The notes beneath the pieces were generated by a model, which saw nothing but the letters and a program-made list of their open reading frames with translations, did not search any database and had not been told where the DNA came from. Positions 42,007-51,862 of a stretch of DNA of 64,000 nucleotides are shown here, piece by piece (within the stretch, counting starts at the first letter, position 1; each line of letters starts with the position of its first letter). Location of the stretch: the NCBI GenBank assembly GCA_902618795.1, contig CACNCF010000005.1, positions 10,401-74,400 on the forward strand, in the 5' to 3' direction. This stretch comes from an uncultured Prochlorococcus sp. GTDB taxonomy: Bacteria > Cyanobacteriota > Cyanobacteriia > PCC-6307 > Cyanobiaceae. A program made the translations under genes and the position numbers.

Positions 42007-42117
42007 ATTAGAAAAGATAGTAGCGACAACCGCAAAGCACTAATACTCGGGTATTAATACTCTATTAATTTCATATGAATAAGAGGATAATAAAGGAGTA
42101 GAGATATAGGAGGTTTT

Positions 42118-42276
42118 ATGAGACTCACCACTCCATTCACTGCCCTTAGAAATGCGACTTCAGATATTTGGAGAATGCATGATTTTAATTATCAACTACC
42201 AAAAGATCAAAGACAAGATTATTGGGAAAAAGAATGCAAAGACCACCCAACAAGTTCTCATTGTAAAGTTTACTAA
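42118..42276 (+). CDS. 52 aa peptide with CP12-like C-terminal Cys loop
   Basis: Not in ORF track; AGGAGG RBS at 42108; ends YWEKECKDHPTSSHCKVY*; has its own terminator. Confidence 0.8.
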   Translation: MRLTTPFTALRNATSDIWRMHDFNYQLPKDQRQDYWEKECKDHPTSSHCKVY

Positions 42277-42300
42277 AGCTAATATAAACTCAAGACGTTA

Positions 42301-42327
42301 AAAAGACCCTTTTGAGGGTCTTTTCTT
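42301..42327 (+). terminator. Rho-independent terminator (bidirectional-type)
   Basis: AAAAGACCCT-TTTG-AGGGTCTTTT. Confidence 0.85.
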
Positions 42328-42369
42328 CTAAGTAAGTAGATATTCTTTTATTATAAAAATAAAGAAAAT

Positions 42370-42975
42370 ATGACTATTAATAATTCAATATCTAAATATG
42401 ATTGGCAATACATCCTAAGCGCATCTCTTTTGATTTCAGTTTTTATACTTGTAGATTTAGTTGGAGTTATTGATAAAGAATATTTTTACTTTGTACCAAA
42501 ATTAATTAGTGATCAACCTTATAGGATTTTCACATCAATCCTAGTTCATGCAGATTTAAATCATTTATTATCAAATATTGGTGGAATAATCATTACTAGA
42601 TATTTTTTGATGAGACTTGGAATAGAAAGCAGATTTTTTTATCTGAAGTTTATTTTAATTTGTTCTTTTTTGAATTTTTTTATTATCTGGGTTTACGAAA
42701 AGATTTTATTGTACTTTCTTAATTTCTATCCCAACTATGCCGCTTTAGGATTTAGTGGAATAATTTATGCTTTATTTGGATTCTTACTGTTAGCGTCTTT
42801 TTATGGAAAGAGTCACTTTTTAGGCAAAAAAATTGGTTTAAAATCCAATTACCAAGTGCAAAAAATGTCAAAGACAATATGCCTTATAGGTTTGATTTTC
42901 TCATTTTTGCCAGGGGTAAGTTTGTTAGGTCATTTAAGTGGATTTATTGCAGGGTGTTTTTTATTCTTGATCTAA
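42370..42975 (+). CDS. Rhomboid family intramembrane serine protease
   Basis: PYRIFT, HADLNHLLSN, GFSG catalytic Ser, GHLSG catalytic His. Confidence 0.88.
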   Translation: MTINNSISKYDWQYILSASLLISVFILVDLVGVIDKEYFYFVPKLISDQPYRIFTSILVHADLNHLLSNIGGIIITRYFLMRLGIESRFFYLKFILICSFLNFFIIWVYEKILLYFLNFYPNYAALGFSGIIYALFGFLLLASFYGKSHFLGKKIGLKSNYQVQKMSKTICLIGLIFSFLPGVSLLGHLSGFIAGCFLFLI

Positions 42976-43053
42976 ATAAGATATTTCTTTATTGATCGAA
43001 TTAAGTAGATATTTACCCAAATATCCAACTTTTTTTAATTCTTTACTTTTAAA

Positions 43054-43140
43054 CTAATCAATTTTGATATCGAAAGTAACTACTATTCCAATACTTATAA
43101 GTAGTAGTCCAATCGCAATTTGGGGTGAAGGTAATACCAT
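43054..43140 (-). CDS. Candidate 28 aa single-TM peptide
   Basis: MVLPSPQIAIGLLLISIGIVVTFDIKID*. Confidence 0.35.
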   Translation of the reverse strand: MVLPSPQIAIGLLLISIGIVVTFDIKID

Positions 43141-43233
43141 ATAAGACTTATATATAATCTCCCTATCGAATATTACCCAGTAACGATGAAAGATTGAGTA
43201 ATATTAACTCTAAATAAAGCATCACCTTAAAAA

Positions 43234-43428
43234 ATGGCAAAAGTAGAAAATGATCTTGATATATATTACGCAGTTGGGAATGCAAATACTCAAAGACAAG
43301 AAAACGAACTTGCAGCAATTATGAAAAAACGTAATTCTGCAGGATGGAAGTTGATTTCAACAAGTACTGCAATAGTAGATACAAAAAACCAGTTTTCAAA
43401 TCTTTATCTATTTTGGGAAAAGAAATAG
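43234..43428 (+). CDS. Small protein, DUF4177-like
   Basis: 64 aa; AGWKLIS...LYLFWEK pattern. Confidence 0.6.
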   Translation: MAKVENDLDIYYAVGNANTQRQENELAAIMKKRNSAGWKLISTSTAIVDTKNQFSNLYLFWEKK

Positions 43429-43450
43429 CAAATAATACAGTAGATAATTT

Positions 43451-43540
43451 ATGACTTCTCCAAGTAAATCATACAAATCAGAAACTCTTCACACATTAAT
43501 CTCTGATAAGTAAAGGCCCCTCTTCTATATAAGTTTTTTT
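43451..43540 (+). ncRNA. Candidate Yfr1/Yfr10-like sRNA or relic
   Basis: ACTCTTCACAC (one mismatch to Yfr1 motif ACTCCTCACAC) in the loop of an ATCAGA/TCTGAT stem; T-run at about 43534. Confidence 0.4.
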
Positions 43541-43565
43541 AATTTATTTATGTCAAGAAATGAAA

Positions 43566-43585
43566 AACTGGCACATGTGACAGTT
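43566..43585. promoter_or_regulatory. Near-palindromic operator upstream of Yfr2-type RNA
   Basis: AACTGGCACATGTGACAGTT, 9 of 10 symmetric pairs match. Confidence 0.6.
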
Positions 43586-43640
43586 AAGTAACATTCCATT
43601 CAACACTCCCACGAAAAAGAATTTAATGGCATATTTTATT

Positions 43641-43736
43641 AGTGTGTGAAGGAGCGGTTTTACGGAATCAGTGGGAACAAGGAAACACTTGATTTCGTGA
43701 ATCCATGAAAAGACCCCTTATAGGGGGTCTTTTTTT
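43641..43736 (+). ncRNA. yfr2: Yfr2-family small RNA
   Basis: 5' GTGTGAAGGAG, central hairpin with GGGAACAAGGAAACA loop, terminal terminator; about 95 nt. Confidence 0.88.
43708..43736 (+). terminator. Rho-independent terminator of Yfr2-type RNA
   Basis: AAAAGACCCC-loop-GGGGTCTTTTTTT. Confidence 0.88.
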
Positions 43737-43802
43737 ATGGAAATCCATTACTTCTTTTACTTTGCTTTACCTAATCTAATAATAGGTAATGTTTAGTGAA
43801 AT

Positions 43803-44054
43803 TTATTTTTCCCAAAAGGGATCTGTAGTTAAAGAAACCGTTAAAGTACATTTTTTATTTTTTTTAATTTCACTGATACAAGCCCTTACTGTTTCTCCAT
43901 TTACATCTATTTCACAGGCACCACAACTACCTGTTAAACAGCCAGTTGGAATTTCTAACCCTGCTTTTTCTGCAGTTGAGAACCAATCATCTCCCTCAGA
44001 AACAAATGTCTCTTTATTGTTTGGCCATATGACTTTAATATCTTTTTCTTTCAA
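43803..44054 (-). CDS. 2Fe-2S ferredoxin-like protein
   Basis: GCLTGSCGAC...RAC motif. Confidence 0.9.
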   Translation of the reverse strand: MKEKDIKVIWPNNKETFVSEGDDWFSTAEKAGLEIPTGCLTGSCGACEIDVNGETVRACISEIKKNKKCTLTVSLTTDPFWEK

Positions 44055-45580
44055 CTTAAAAATGATTTGAGATTTAAATGTTTGTGGAATTCATTCGCAA
44101 GATTATCAATAATGGATTGTCTCTTATCTTTATAAGATATTGATTTTTTATTTAATAGTGGTAAATTTTTACTCTTCCTTATTAAATTAATATATTGCGC
44201 TCTCCAACTGTCATTTTCAAAGATCCCATGAATGTATGTTCCTGCAATAGTTCCTCCATTATTATTTTCTTTGTACCAACCAAGATCTGAATCTTCAAAA
44301 ATAGGATTAATCTTTAATGAACTTTGGATGTCATCTAATACAGTTTGACCATTATGAATTTCAAATCCATTAATTTCTGATTGGCATGGCCATATAGATT
44401 TAGAGTTGATTTGACGTGTTAATTTTTTTTTAAAGAAAGTTGTTTTTAATGGTAGTAATCCAATACCTTTAATTTTTTGTTCAGAATAATTTTTGGAGCC
44501 CTCTTTAAAATAAGGATCTTCAAGTGTAGTCCCCAACATTTGTAAACCTCCACATATTCCAATAATATTTCCTTCGTTCTTTGAATAGTCCCTTATATTC
44601 CTAGATAAGCCAGAATTTTCAAGAAATATTTGATCTTTAATCGTTTGTTTACTACCCGGCAGAATAATGAAGTCATACTTACTTAGGTTTTGTGATTTTC
44701 TAATCCATTCAATATATATTGTTTCTTCATTTTCTAGTGGATCAAAATCCGAGAAGTTACTAATAGATGGTAATTTTATTATCCCAACTTTGATTTCAGG
44801 ATTTTTAGAAAGTGATTTTTTTTCTATTAAATCTAAAGAATCCTCTGGAGGGAATGAATCATTTAACCATGGAATAATTCCAATAACAGGGATTTGAGTT
44901 TTATTCTCTATCCATTTTTTCCCATCTTCAAATAATGAAAGGTCTCCTCTGAATCTATTAATAATAATTCCCTTAATAAGCTTCTTTTCTTCAGGCTTCA
45001 TTAATTCAAGAGTCCCAATTATTTGTGCAAATACGCCTCCCCTTTCAATATCAGTAACCAAAATGCAATTTGCATTTAAATACTTAGCAACTCTTAAATT
45101 AGTCAGATCTCTATGAATTAAATTCATCTCTACCGGACTCCCTGCCCCCTCGATAATTAAACGGCAATTTGGATTCCCTTCGTAAATAGACTTTAAACTT
45201 TTTTTAATTACTTCCCAGCCTGGGAAAAACCAATCTTTATAGTAATTTTGTGCGGTTGTGGTCCCTATGCTTCTACCAAGGTGAATCACCTCGCTTATTG
45301 AGTTTCCTTGTGGTTTTAATAAAATGGGATTCATCTCTGCAGAGGGATTAATACCACAAGCAAAAGCTTGAAGTGCTTGCGAATATGCCATCTCTCCACC
45401 TTCCCAATCAACCCAAGCATTGTTACTCATATTTTGTCCTTTAAAAGGTATTGGTTCTTCTCCTAAATTTTTAAGAATCCTGCAAATAGCAGTAACGGTT
45501 AACGATTTCCCTGATCCACTGGAAGTGCCTAGGACCATTATTGGTTTCTTTATTTCATGTAATTTTGCTGCTAACTCCAT
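44051..45580 (-). CDS. cobQ: Cobyric acid synthase
   Basis: GTSSGSGKS, FKGQNMSNN, EGAGSP.E, GICGGLQMLG, GTYIHG motifs. Confidence 0.95.
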   Translation of the reverse strand: MELAAKLHEIKKPIMVLGTSSGSGKSLTVTAICRILKNLGEEPIPFKGQNMSNNAWVDWEGGEMAYSQALQAFACGINPSAEMNPILLKPQGNSISEVIHLGRSIGTTTAQNYYKDWFFPGWEVIKKSLKSIYEGNPNCRLIIEGAGSPVEMNLIHRDLTNLRVAKYLNANCILVTDIERGGVFAQIIGTLELMKPEEKKLIKGIIINRFRGDLSLFEDGKKWIENKTQIPVIGIIPWLNDSFPPEDSLDLIEKKSLSKNPEIKVGIIKLPSISNFSDFDPLENEETIYIEWIRKSQNLSKYDFIILPGSKQTIKDQIFLENSGLSRNIRDYSKNEGNIIGICGGLQMLGTTLEDPYFKEGSKNYSEQKIKGIGLLPLKTTFFKKKLTRQINSKSIWPCQSEINGFEIHNGQTVLDDIQSSLKINPIFEDSDLGWYKENNNGGTIAGTYIHGIFENDSWRAQYINLIRKSKNLPLLNKKSISYKDKRQSIIDNLANEFHKHLNLKSFLS

Positions 45581-45641
45581 TGGTAATTTATATTAATTTT
45601 AAAATTTATTAATTATTGAATTATAATTTGTTAAAAAATTT

Positions 45642-46253
45642 GTGTTAATTCTAGCCTCTGCTTCTCAATCTAGAAAGAAATTACTAGAAAATTGTCAAAT
45701 CGAATTTATCCAAATTTCAAGTGACTTTGATGAAACTACTATTCAAGAAAAGAATATATTTAATTTAGCTTTGGAATTATCTTTTCAAAAGGCTAATAGT
45801 TTATCTGAAAATATTCAAAATATATCATTGCTCGAAGAATTTAATTTTGGTTCTTTGGAAATACTTGGGTGCGATTCAATTTTTGAATTTAAAGGAGAAG
45901 CTTATGGAAAACCATCTAATAAAGAGGAGGCATTTATGAGATGGAAAAAAATGTCAGGAGAATTTGGATTTTTACATACTGGTCATACTCTAATAATTGG
46001 GAATTTTGATTCAAATTCCAAAATTTTTAATATCAATAAAATAATAAAAAAAACAGTAAGTTCAACAGTTTATTTTTCTAATTTGGAGGATTGGGAAATC
46101 AAGAGTTATGTAGATACAAATGAACCTTTATATTGTGCAGGAGGATTTGCCTTGGAAGGTATAGGTGGTAAATATATAGAAAAAATAGAGGGTTGTTTCA
46201 GTAATGTAATGGGTTTAAGTTTGCCTTGGCTAAGAGAAAATTTATATAGATAA
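45642..46253 (+). CDS. maf: Maf family nucleoside triphosphate pyrophosphatase
   Basis: LILASAS..R, GKP, AGGF, NVMGL motifs. Confidence 0.93.
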   Translation: MLILASASQSRKKLLENCQIEFIQISSDFDETTIQEKNIFNLALELSFQKANSLSENIQNISLLEEFNFGSLEILGCDSIFEFKGEAYGKPSNKEEAFMRWKKMSGEFGFLHTGHTLIIGNFDSNSKIFNINKIIKKTVSSTVYFSNLEDWEIKSYVDTNEPLYCAGGFALEGIGGKYIEKIEGCFSNVMGLSLPWLRENLYR

Positions 46254-46264
46254 TAAAATTGAGC

Positions 46265-46299
46265 AAAAAAAAACCCTATCTAAAGATAGGGCTTTTTTT
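46265..46299. terminator. Bidirectional terminator between maf and psbC
   Basis: A9-CCCTATC-TAAA-GATAGGG-C-T7. Confidence 0.85.
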
Positions 46300-46314
46300 A
46301 TGATGAAAAAGAAA

Positions 46315-47697
46315 TTAATCTAGATCAGGCATTTCTAGAGCTGGTTCACTCTTTCTGTCGATTCCTTTCTCGAAACCAGCAGCGGCAGCTCTAGCACGTC
46401 CAGCATGCCAAAGATGACCGATAAATGTAAACCATCCTAGGAAGAATTGAGCTGCAGCTAACCATTGTCTTAAGTTAACGAAGTTAACGGCATTTGGCTC
46501 TGTAATGATTCCACCAACAGAGTTGATAGAAGCGTTAGGAGCATGAGTCATATATTCAGCTGCTCTTCTTACCTGCCAAGGCTGAATATCATTTTGAATT
46601 TTCTCAAGGCTCAATCCATTAGGACCTCTTAAAGGCTCTAACCATGGACCTCTGAAATCCCAAAATCTCATAGTTTCACCACCAAATATAATTTCACCAG
46701 TAGGAGATCTCATGAGATACTTACCTAGACCTGTTGGTCCCATTGTTGAACCTACGTTAGCTCCAATTCTTTGATCTCTCACAAGGAAAGTAAAGCTTTG
46801 AGCCTGTGAAGCTTCAGCATTTGTTGGGCCATAAAATTCTGAAGGGTAAGCAGTATTGTTAAACCAAATGAATGTTGAAGCAATGAAACTTGCTACACAA
46901 ATTCCACCAAGAGCGTAACTTAATAGTCCTTCACCATTCCAGATGAATGCTCTTCTTGCCCATCCAAAGGGTTTAGTGAAGATATGGAATATTCCTCCAA
47001 TAATTGCAGTAATACCCACGTAAACATGTCCACCAACAATATCTTCAATGGAGTTGACACCGATTATTGAACCAGCTCCTCCCCATGGAGATCTAAATAG
47101 ATAACCAAGAATAACTCTCGGATCTAAAGTTGGATTAACAAGTCTGACTTCACCACCACCAGGTGCCCATGTGTCATATGCACCGCCAATAAAACACCAG
47201 TTAACTGACCATGCTAATGCACCTACGCCTAATACAATCAAATGATATCCAAGGATATTTGTCATTTGATTTTTATCTCTCCAATCGGTAGAGAAAAATG
47301 GAAAATCTTCTTCAAGTTTTTCTGGACCTGCTAATGAGTGGTAAATACCACCAAAACCAAGTACAGCGGAAGCTATCAAATGAACCACGCCTGCCTGGAA
47401 GAAAGGCATGATATCAGTAACTTCACCACCTGGGCCTATCCCGTAGCCAAACATTGCAACGTGTGGCATACAGATTAAACCTTGCTCCCACATTGGTTTA
47501 TCAAAAGTGAAATGATTAACCTCAAAGAGCATCATTGCTCCCGCCCAAAAGACTATTAGTCCAGAGTGAGCAATGTGAGCTCCTAATAAACGTCCAGATA
47601 AATTGATTAATCTAGCATTGCCTACATACCAGGCATAACCAGTTTCCTCAATACTTTGGTTTGGAGCTCTTAATAAATTATTAAAGGGCGTTTCCAC
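46315..47697 (-). CDS. psbC: Photosystem II CP43 (GTG start at 47697)
   Basis: ETPFN...[10 protein letters not shown]...GGETMRFWD; overlaps psbD end; GAGGAGG upstream. Confidence 0.98.
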   Translation of the reverse strand: METPFNNLLRAPNQSIEETGYAWYVGNARLINLSGRLLGAHIAHSGLIVFWAGAMMLFEVNHFTFDKPMWEQGLICMPHVAMFGYGIGPGGEVTDIMPFFQAGVVHLIASAVLGFGGIYHSLAGPEKLEEDFPFFSTDWRDKNQMTNILGYHLIVLGVGALAWSVNWCFIGGAYDTWAPGGGEVRLVNPTLDPRVILGYLFRSPWGGAGSIIGVNSIEDIVGGHVYVGITAIIGGIFHIFTKPFGWARRAFIWNGEGLLSYALGGICVASFIASTFIWFNNTAYPSEFYGPTNAEASQAQSFTFLVRDQRIGANVGSTMGPTGLGKYLMRSPTGEIIFGGETMRFWDFRGPWLEPLRGPNGLSLEKIQNDIQPWQVRRAAEYMTHAPNASINSVGGIITEPNAVNFVNLRQWLAAAQFFLGWFTFIGHLWHAGRARAAAAGFEKGIDRKSEPALEMPDLD

Positions 47698-48757
47698 GTG
47701 GAAGAACCTCCTCAGGGAATACAAAGTTTTCGTGTGGTTGATCCACAGAAGACATCCATGCTCGCATACCTTCGTTCAAAAGTATATTTTTTGTATAGAA
47801 AGTTTCAAATTCTGGATCTTCTGCTGCACGAATTTCTTGGCTTACGAAATCATAAGCTCTTAAGTTTAGTGCTAAGCCGACAATACCTATTGAAGATGTC
47901 CACATACCCATTACAGGTACAAATAGCATCAAGAAATGTAAGAAACGCTTGTTTGAGAAAGCAATACCGAAGATTTGACTCCAGAATCTATTCGCCGTAA
48001 TCATTGAATAAGTTTCTTCTTCTTGAGTTGGGTCAAAAGCTCTAAATGTTGAACTTTGAACCTTACCATCTGTATAAATACTTGTATCTTCATACAAAGT
48101 GTTTTGTACTGTAGCTCCATGAATAGCACAAAGTAGAGCACCACCAAGAATTCCAGCAACACCCATCATGTGAAATGGATTTAAAGTAATATTGTGAAAA
48201 CCTTGAATGAACAGAATATAACGGAAGATTGCTGCAACACCGAATGAAGGTGCGAAGAACCAACTATGCTGTCCTAAAGGATAAATAAGAAAAATACTTG
48301 TAAATACTGCAATTACTGCTGAGAATGCTAAAGCGTTGTAAGGTCTAATTCCAACAAGGCCAGCAATTTCAAACTGACGAAGCATAAAACCAATTAGGCC
48401 AAATACTCCATGTAATGCAACGAAGTTCCAAAGACCACCAAGCTGTAGCCATCTTACGAAACTACCTTGGGCTTCAGGACCCCATAAAAATAGAAGACTG
48501 TGTCCCATGGCATCACCAGGGGTACTTACAGCTGCTGTTAAAAAGTTACAACCTTCAAGGTATGAGCTTGCAACTCCATGTGTGTACCAAGAGGTAACAA
48601 ATGTTGTTCCGACAAACCAACCACCTATAGCAAGATATGCACAGGGAAGTAGAAGTAGTCCGGACCAACCAATAAATACAAAGCGGTCGCGCTTCAACCA
48701 ATCATCGAGGACATCAAACCATCCTCTTTGTGGGGCGCTACCAACTGCGATCGTCAT
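47681..48757 (-). CDS. psbD: Photosystem II D2 protein
   Basis: [16 protein letters not shown]...[10 protein letters not shown]. Confidence 0.99.
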   Translation of the reverse strand: MTIAVGSAPQRGWFDVLDDWLKRDRFVFIGWSGLLLLPCAYLAIGGWFVGTTFVTSWYTHGVASSYLEGCNFLTAAVSTPGDAMGHSLLFLWGPEAQGSFVRWLQLGGLWNFVALHGVFGLIGFMLRQFEIAGLVGIRPYNALAFSAVIAVFTSIFLIYPLGQHSWFFAPSFGVAAIFRYILFIQGFHNITLNPFHMMGVAGILGGALLCAIHGATVQNTLYEDTSIYTDGKVQSSTFRAFDPTQEEETYSMITANRFWSQIFGIAFSNKRFLHFLMLFVPVMGMWTSSIGIVGLALNLRAYDFVSQEIRAAEDPEFETFYTKNILLNEGMRAWMSSVDQPHENFVFPEEVLPRGNAL

Positions 48758-48938
48758 GAGAAATCGTTTTTAGCTTCGGGATACGCAGTGACTGTAACAA
48801 AGATTGAGAGTAATGTGGGGAAATATTTGTATATCTGAAATGCCTTGTAAAGCTTTCCTGACTTTTTTATTAAAAATTAGGTAAGAATACTCCCTTAGTT
48901 TGTTAAATTATCTGAATTAGGCTCTAAAAAAGATAAAA

Positions 48939-49496
48939 ATGAATTCAGACCTCACGTCATTCGATAAAATCGAACAAAAAATTGGTGGATCAAGAAAAAT
49001 TTCAAATTATATTATTGGAGGGATGTTGACTATAGGAGGTATTGGTTTTCTTTTGGCCTCTATATCTAGTTACACAGGAAGGGATTTATTACCTTTAGGA
49101 AATCCTTCAACTTTGTTGTTTATCCCTCAAGGAATAATAATGGGAGCATACGGAGTAATAGCTAATTTATTAAATTTTTACTTATGGTATTTGGTTTACA
49201 TAAATTTTGGTTCAGGAAGTAATTATTTTGATAAATCCTCAAAATCTGTAGAAATAAAAAGAAAGGGATTATTTAAAGATGTTGAAGTTAAATTAAATTT
49301 TGATGAAATTAAATCTGTTAAGTTGGATATAAGTGAAGGATTTAATCCTAGAAGAAGAATTGCTCTAGTATTAAAAGGTAGAAAAAAACCTCTACCTCTT
49401 AGCGGTGCAGGTGAACTAAAACCACTGCTTCAGGTTGAAGAAGAAGGAGCTCGTCTAGCTAAATTTTTAGATGTTAATTTGGAGGGCCTAAAATAA
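48939..49496 (+). CDS. ycf4: Photosystem I assembly protein Ycf4
   Basis: GSRKISNY, FIPQG..M..YG, ARLAKFLDV.LEG motifs. Confidence 0.95.
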   Translation: MNSDLTSFDKIEQKIGGSRKISNYIIGGMLTIGGIGFLLASISSYTGRDLLPLGNPSTLLFIPQGIIMGAYGVIANLLNFYLWYLVYINFGSGSNYFDKSSKSVEIKRKGLFKDVEVKLNFDEIKSVKLDISEGFNPRRRIALVLKGRKKPLPLSGAGELKPLLQVEEEGARLAKFLDVNLEGLK

Positions 49497-50149
49497 AAAA
49501 AAAATATTTTTTAAAAACATTATCTTTTATACAGGTTTTGTTTTTGGTTCAAGCTTGTAGTTATAAAAATAAGATTGATCCAAATTATTACTGCCAAAAA
49601 CTTAAATTTAGTTGTATTCAGAGTAATAAAGTAGTTAATTTTAAAACTTCAAAAGGTGATTTTGCGGTAAAATTATTTGGTAAAGATAACCCAGTAACAG
49701 TATCAAATTTTCTGGAAAACATAGAAAATAATATTTATGTAAATCAAAAATTTTATAAAATAATAAACTATCCCCAAATAAGATTTATACATGGCGGCGT
49801 TAATCCAGAAAATAAATCTTATATAGAACGACAACAAAACCTGAATAAGAAAAGTCCAACAATACCTTTAGAAATAAAATTCAAAGAAGAAGTAAAACCG
49901 AGATATAACTATCAAATAAAAAATCCTAGTGAAACAGTTAATTTAGTTAATACTTTTGAGAGTGGATCAATCGCTATGGTTAAAAGCGGTAAGGATAAGT
50001 CTTCATCTACTGAATTTTTTTTTGTAACGACTAAGATCCCAGAACTTGATGGAAGATATTCGATTTTTGGAAAGATTATTAAAGGATTAGACGTACTCGA
50101 AAAAATTAATAAAGAAGACTACATTAAGGCAGTCCAGATTTCTAATTAA
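49493..50149 (+). CDS. Cyclophilin-type peptidyl-prolyl isomerase, predicted lipoprotein (ORF track start 49538; proposed ATA start 49493)
   Basis: [23 protein letters not shown] motifs; LVQA-C lipobox. Confidence 0.85.
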   Translation: MKKKYFLKTLSFIQVLFLVQACSYKNKIDPNYYCQKLKFSCIQSNKVVNFKTSKGDFAVKLFGKDNPVTVSNFLENIENNIYVNQKFYKIINYPQIRFIHGGVNPENKSYIERQQNLNKKSPTIPLEIKFKEEVKPRYNYQIKNPSETVNLVNTFESGSIAMVKSGKDKSSSTEFFFVTTKIPELDGRYSIFGKIIKGLDVLEKINKEDYIKAVQISN

Positions 50150-50670
50150 ATTTCTAGAGAATATTTATTTATTTTCAACATTTCTGTATTAACTCCTGAA
50201 GAGCGTTTAAGAGCTACCTTACCAGTCCTCGCTATTTCAAGGATGCCGTATGGCTCTAGTAATTTCTCTAGAGCAACTAACTTCCCAGGATCTCCAACTA
50301 CCTCGAGAGTTAAGGCCATATCTGATACATCAACAACTTTTGCACGGAAGATCTGAACTATATCAAGGATATTACTCCTAGTATCTTCTTTCGATGAAAC
50401 TTTTAGTAACATCAATTCCCTTTCAACAGCTGCGAGATTAGTAAAATCTACGACTCCCAGAACATTAAATAACTTATTAAGTTGCTTAGTCATTTGTTGA
50501 AGAGTTTCATCATCACCCTCTACTACCATTGTTAACCTTGAAATACCTTTAGATTCTGCAGGTCCTACTGCAAGGCTATCTATGTTGAATCCCCTTCTAG
50601 CGAAGAGACCTGAGATTCTACTCAAGGCTCCAGATTCATCTTCTACAAGAACTGATAATGTATGTTTCAT
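50146..50670 (-). CDS. ilvN: Acetolactate synthase small subunit
   Basis: [23 protein letters not shown] domain; EIARTG. Confidence 0.96.
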   Translation of the reverse strand: MKHTLSVLVEDESGALSRISGLFARRGFNIDSLAVGPAESKGISRLTMVVEGDDETLQQMTKQLNKLFNVLGVVDFTNLAAVERELMLLKVSSKEDTRSNILDIVQIFRAKVVDVSDMALTLEVVGDPGKLVALEKLLEPYGILEIARTGKVALKRSSGVNTEMLKINKYSLEI

Positions 50671-50673
50671 ATT

Positions 50674-51612
50674 TTAAAAGGTTTTTAAATCTCTAATCCA
50701 TTCATAAGAAACTCTATTGAATACTGAAGGGTTTTCATCATGTATACAATGCCCTGAATTGGATATTATTTTTAATTTTACCCATCTATGGAAATTTGCA
50801 ATCTTTTTACCAACAAACAAAGGTATGAAATTATCTTTTTCGCCCCAAATTAATAAAAAAGGAACTTTTTTTGAGGAGCTAAGTTTTCTCAAAAGGTAAG
50901 AAGCTTTAAATTTTTCATCTCTAGAAGACATTCCAATACACATTGCTCTTAATGATCTAGCTGAAGTTCTCCTTAAAACTGGTTTTGTTACCAAATCTAT
51001 TAGTTCGCGATCAATATTATCTTTTTTAAAATAGGCAGAATTTAGTCCAAGTTTAATAACCCCTAATTTAGTTATTAAAAATAAAATAATCTCCAAAGGG
51101 AAAAACAAAAAAAATATCGTTATGAATCTATCTTGAAATTTCTTAAATGATTTTTTTGTTATGGACTTTTTATTTTCTTGAATTTGATCTGGCAAAGGCG
51201 ATGCAATAACTGTTGCAATCTGATCCTCTAATGAAACAGCACATGTTAAAGCAACTAGTGATCCAAGGGAATTGCCAATAAGAATTACTTTCCCAGAATT
51301 TTTTGGTCTTATTACCTGTGCAATAAAGTCTTTCACTTGATCACACCAAATCTCATTATTTAATTTTCCGATTTGTCTAATCCCAGGTTGATCTGAATCC
51401 CCAAATCCTATTAAATCCAAAGAATAAGAGGCAAAATTCTTTTTCGCAAAATACTCTAAATTGTTTCTCCAATGTTTTCGACTTGCTCCAAATCCATGGA
51501 GAAAGATAATTGGAATCTCATTTTCTTCGCCTGTAACACTCCAACAAATTTTAAAACCATTCCAATTCCAGTAATTAGGAATGTTTATATTTTTTTTAAA
51601 ATTATTATTCAT
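50674..51612 (-). CDS. Alpha/beta hydrolase
   Basis: HGFG, GNSLG, WGEKD, GHC.HDE motifs. Confidence 0.9.
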   Translation of the reverse strand: MNNNFKKNINIPNYWNWNGFKICWSVTGEENEIPIIFLHGFGASRKHWRNNLEYFAKKNFASYSLDLIGFGDSDQPGIRQIGKLNNEIWCDQVKDFIAQVIRPKNSGKVILIGNSLGSLVALTCAVSLEDQIATVIASPLPDQIQENKKSITKKSFKKFQDRFITIFFLFFPLEIILFLITKLGVIKLGLNSAYFKKDNIDRELIDLVTKPVLRRTSARSLRAMCIGMSSRDEKFKASYLLRKLSSSKKVPFLLIWGEKDNFIPLFVGKKIANFHRWVKLKIISNSGHCIHDENPSVFNRVSYEWIRDLKTF

Positions 51613-51706
51613 ATATTCAAAAAATTTTCAAGATATTTGAATTATCTACATTTTTAACAAATAAATGTATTTTGAATGTAAATTATAGTAATCATTCAAT
51701 TTTACT

Positions 51707-51805
51707 ATGGCTAAAGAAATTTTTAGTATTGCAGCAGTTTTTTGGATACTGATACCAATAGGATTAGTTGGTGGTGCTTTGTTATTAAAGTTTCAGGGAG
51801 ACTGA
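51707..51805 (+). CDS. petM: Cytochrome b6f subunit VII
   Basis: Not in ORF track; [32 protein letters not shown]. Confidence 0.92.
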
Positions 51806-51862
51806 TTCTCACGGATACATCACAATTTGAGTTATGGTCTTAAAGTTAAGTAAATCTTAAGT

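Noticed and set aside
43451-43513. 20 aa ORF MTSPSKSYKSETLHTLISDK
   Set aside because: No RBS or motif; better explained as an RNA element.
43789-44070. 93 aa plus-strand ORF, and the other short ORFs antisense to long genes
   Set aside because: Shadow ORFs opposite well-supported genes.
47698-47724. psbC N-terminal extension in the ORF track
   Set aside because: The conserved GTG start at 47697 has an RBS; the extension lies inside psbD.
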